The notes beneath the pieces are model-generated. The model ran no database searches. It was given only the letters and a program-made list of their open reading frames with translations, and was not told where the DNA came from. Of a stretch of DNA of 36,895 nt, positions 34,912 through 36,895 are shown one piece after another. Position numbers and translations under genes: made by a program. The stretch lies in the sequence record NC_010153.1; one strand, given 5' to 3'. Position 1 is the first letter of the stretch. Each line of letters starts with the position of its first letter.

Positions 34912-35536
34912 GCTCTTTCGCCCTCGAAATCGAACACATTATCTCAAACATATTTTCCCAGGATAATAAGTACTTGGGATTACCATGAAAAAGAAATACT
35001 GACTCGACATTATCGACAACAACCTCATTTCCGTAGTACACTTTTCCATCTCTGACGACGAATTTAGAAGGATAACGAGCCATAAGGCAAGCAATGTGAT
35101 ACATGTAAGGTGTAACATTAGGATCCAATGTAATTGTAGCATAAACTGGTTCACAGTAAAAATATTCACCATCAAGTTCATACATTGCAACATAATTATC
35201 AAGAAGCTTAACATAATCAGCGCCTAACAACTTGAGAACTCTACATGGATAACCAACAGAATTCATTGCAAGCTTCTTTGCATTCTGCACTGACGTAAAG
35301 CGCACTACTGGAAGTGAACCAAATAATGATATATCGTTGACGTCATATACGCAACCCTTCAGAACTTCCATGGCATACAAAATGAGCTCATTACCAGACT
35401 TATTAGTCGCAATCTTAACCATCGCAACAAAATTATCTGGTAATGTTGAACCATAGTAATAATTGAACCCTGAAGGAGTAATTATACCACCATAATATAT
35501 ATCACGTGAAGCAAGAAGTATGGGAACAATAGTCAT
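34901..35536 (-). CDS. Hypothetical protein, 211 aa
   Basis: ORF track; ATGA overlap with the upstream gene. Confidence 0.8.
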   Translation of the reverse strand: MTIVPILLASRDIYYGGIITPSGFNYYYGSTLPDNFVAMVKIATNKSGNELILYAMEVLKGCVYDVNDISLFGSLPVVRFTSVQNAKKLAMNSVGYPCRVLKLLGADYVKLLDNYVAMYELDGEYFYCEPVYATITLDPNVTPYMYHIACLMARYPSKFVVRDGKVYYGNEVVVDNVESVFLFHGNPKYLLSWENMFEIMCSISRAKELKK

Positions 35537-36264
35537 ATTTTCTCCTCCAACGTCTTTCTCATATTCTTTATACGTTCCTCACTCGTAACTTCACGATAAA
35601 CTGGAACTACCATATCAAACAACTCCAAAAGATCACGACCCTTTATCTTGTACTTAGTATTTGCAACAGGAAATTTATAACAACGAACCTCCATTTCCCT
35701 CATATATTTTATAGCGCCGTAATTATAAAGCTTACCGTTGACAATACCAGATAATTCTGACCTAACTAGGAAATAATCATCTGGTGAGCAGTACTTGGGA
35801 TCATATTTAGCAACGAGAACAACGGGCTTTGGTGCATCAATAGCAAAAAGAAGAGCAGACGCAGGTAGATAAGACCAATAAGTCAAATACGTATTCTTAC
35901 CACCAACAAGATGAACAAGCCCACTACTAGTATAGAAACCGTAGTTGTTGTTCTCTATATAATCCACCGATGTGCCACGATAAATATAAGCGCCTTGTAG
36001 AGAAATGGAATTCCACTCATTAACTAGGTCGTAAATCTCCTTAAATACATAACCATCAAACTTAGGAGATGCAGAAGGGTCATTGAGTAACAAATCGNGA
36101 AAAGTATTATTCATTAAATTAACGATATCAGAGGGCAAAACATAATCGATACTGTAATAATACGGGAGAAGGTGATATACTTTCTTCATGAAAGGTAACT
36201 TCATAATAACGTCAGCAACGACATCAGTAGGTAACATTATAGCCCAACTCATGCAGAACCTCAA
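35533..36264 (-). CDS. Tyr-rich hypothetical protein, 234-243 aa
   Basis: ORF track; start may be ATG 36237; N at 36098. Confidence 0.8.
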   Translation of the reverse strand: MRFCMSWAIMLPTDVVADVIMKLPFMKKVYHLLPYYYSIDYVLPSDIVNLMNNTFXDLLLNDPSASPKFDGYVFKEIYDLVNEWNSISLQGAYIYRGTSVDYIENNNYGFYTSSGLVHLVGGKNTYLTYWSYLPASALLFAIDAPKPVVLVAKYDPKYCSPDDYFLVRSELSGIVNGKLYNYGAIKYMREMEVRCYKFPVANTKYKIKGRDLLELFDMVVPVYREVTSEERIKNMRKTLEEKI

Positions 36265-36424
36265 TTATTTTCTTGAAAGCGTACTCATAATCATGCCCAG
36301 TATACTCGTAAAACATTTCAATCATGAGATTTAGCACGTGATGATCAATAGTATAACCATTGATGTAACGTGACAACTTAAGAGTTTCAATCATTTTCTC
36401 AACGAGTTCGAACTCATCAACCAT
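36224..36424 (-). CDS. Hypothetical protein, 66 aa
   Basis: ORF track; first gene of the rightmost leftward operon. Confidence 0.65.
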   Translation of the reverse strand: MVDEFELVEKMIETLKLSRYINGYTIDHHVLNLMIEMFYEYTGHDYEYAFKKIIEVLHELGYNVTY

Positions 36425-36479
36425 GTGTTAAATGAATGAAAAGGAGACTTAAAAACTTTGTCGAATAAATTGTAATAAA

Positions 36480-36895
36480 AATACAAAAGGTAGAACAAAA
36501 AATAAGATAGAGAGAGCAAATGATATAGGGCACGACGACACGAGATACAGACTGAGCAAACGAGAGCAAATGACGAGGAACGAAAGACGAGAAACGAGAG
36601 ACAAAGAAAGGGAAACAATGACATAGGGTACTACGAACGAAAATACGACAAACGATAAACAAAAGAACGGGAAATGAGAACGAGAAACAATGACATAGAG
36701 TACTAACGAACGAGACGTGAAGAACGAGAAAATGAGAGACGAGGAACGAAGAAGGAAACGATGACGTAGGATACTAACGAACGAGAAACAAGAAACGAGG
36801 AAATGAGAAACTAGAAACTAGATACTAAATACGAGATACATGACACGAAGATACGAGATACTAGATACGAGATACTAAGGAACTAGATACTAGAC
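36480..36895. repeat. Right subterminal low-complexity region with ~72-nt degenerate tandem repeats
   Basis: (A/G)ATGACRTAG.(G/A)TACTA.CGAACGA at 36617, 36689, 36760 (looser copy at 36519); many ACGAGA words; CTAGATAC at 36818, 36861, 36883. Confidence 0.8.

Noticed and set aside
36391-36662. ORFs 36391-36624 and 36417-36662 (-)
   Set aside because: Translations of the purine-rich terminal repeats; no SD or promoter support.
1-36895. tRNA/rRNA genes, IS elements, integrase, DNA polymerase
   Set aside because: No recognisable motifs by eye; tRNAscan and HMM searches were not run.

Overview
This window looks like a near-complete linear genome of a crenarchaeal filamentous virus (Lipothrixviridae, Betalipothrixvirus). 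The 36,895-nt length matches my recollection of Acidianus filamentous virus 7; this is from memory, not a search. Evidence: two tandem SIFV-type major capsid proteins (17791-18914), a Hel308-like and an XPB/UvsW-like SF2 helicase, a Cas4-like nuclease, the AcrIII-1/DUF1874 ring nuclease, four glycosyltransferases, a CX5R phosphatase, an FkbM-like methyltransferase, a long right-arm operon of beta-rich virion/tail proteins, and low-complexity ends. The standout observation is at 7446-8530. A 161-aa minimal RAMP (Cas7/Csm3-like) gene is transcribed divergently from four tandem ~100-nt non-coding units. Each unit has its own BRE/TATA promoter, a 5' hairpin, a 3' hairpin and a T-rich end. The variable core of each unit is built from 7-9 hexamers (consensus RTK-NNN) with an invariant T every sixth base (31/31). 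Six nucleotides is the footprint of one Cas7-family subunit, so this looks like a compact, non-CRISPR RAMP-plus-RNA system (possibly a gapped-code guide or an RNA decoy) inside an anti-defence island. Secondary candidates: a minimal AEP/HUH replication protein hidden in a mis-called ORF, an iteron-like intergenic region, an Sm-like protein, an RQGD/HxEH gene module, and six paralogous tail-fibre-like proteins. All functional calls are motif-by-eye; no database searches were run. There are three ambiguous bases (N at 1142, 1258, 36098).
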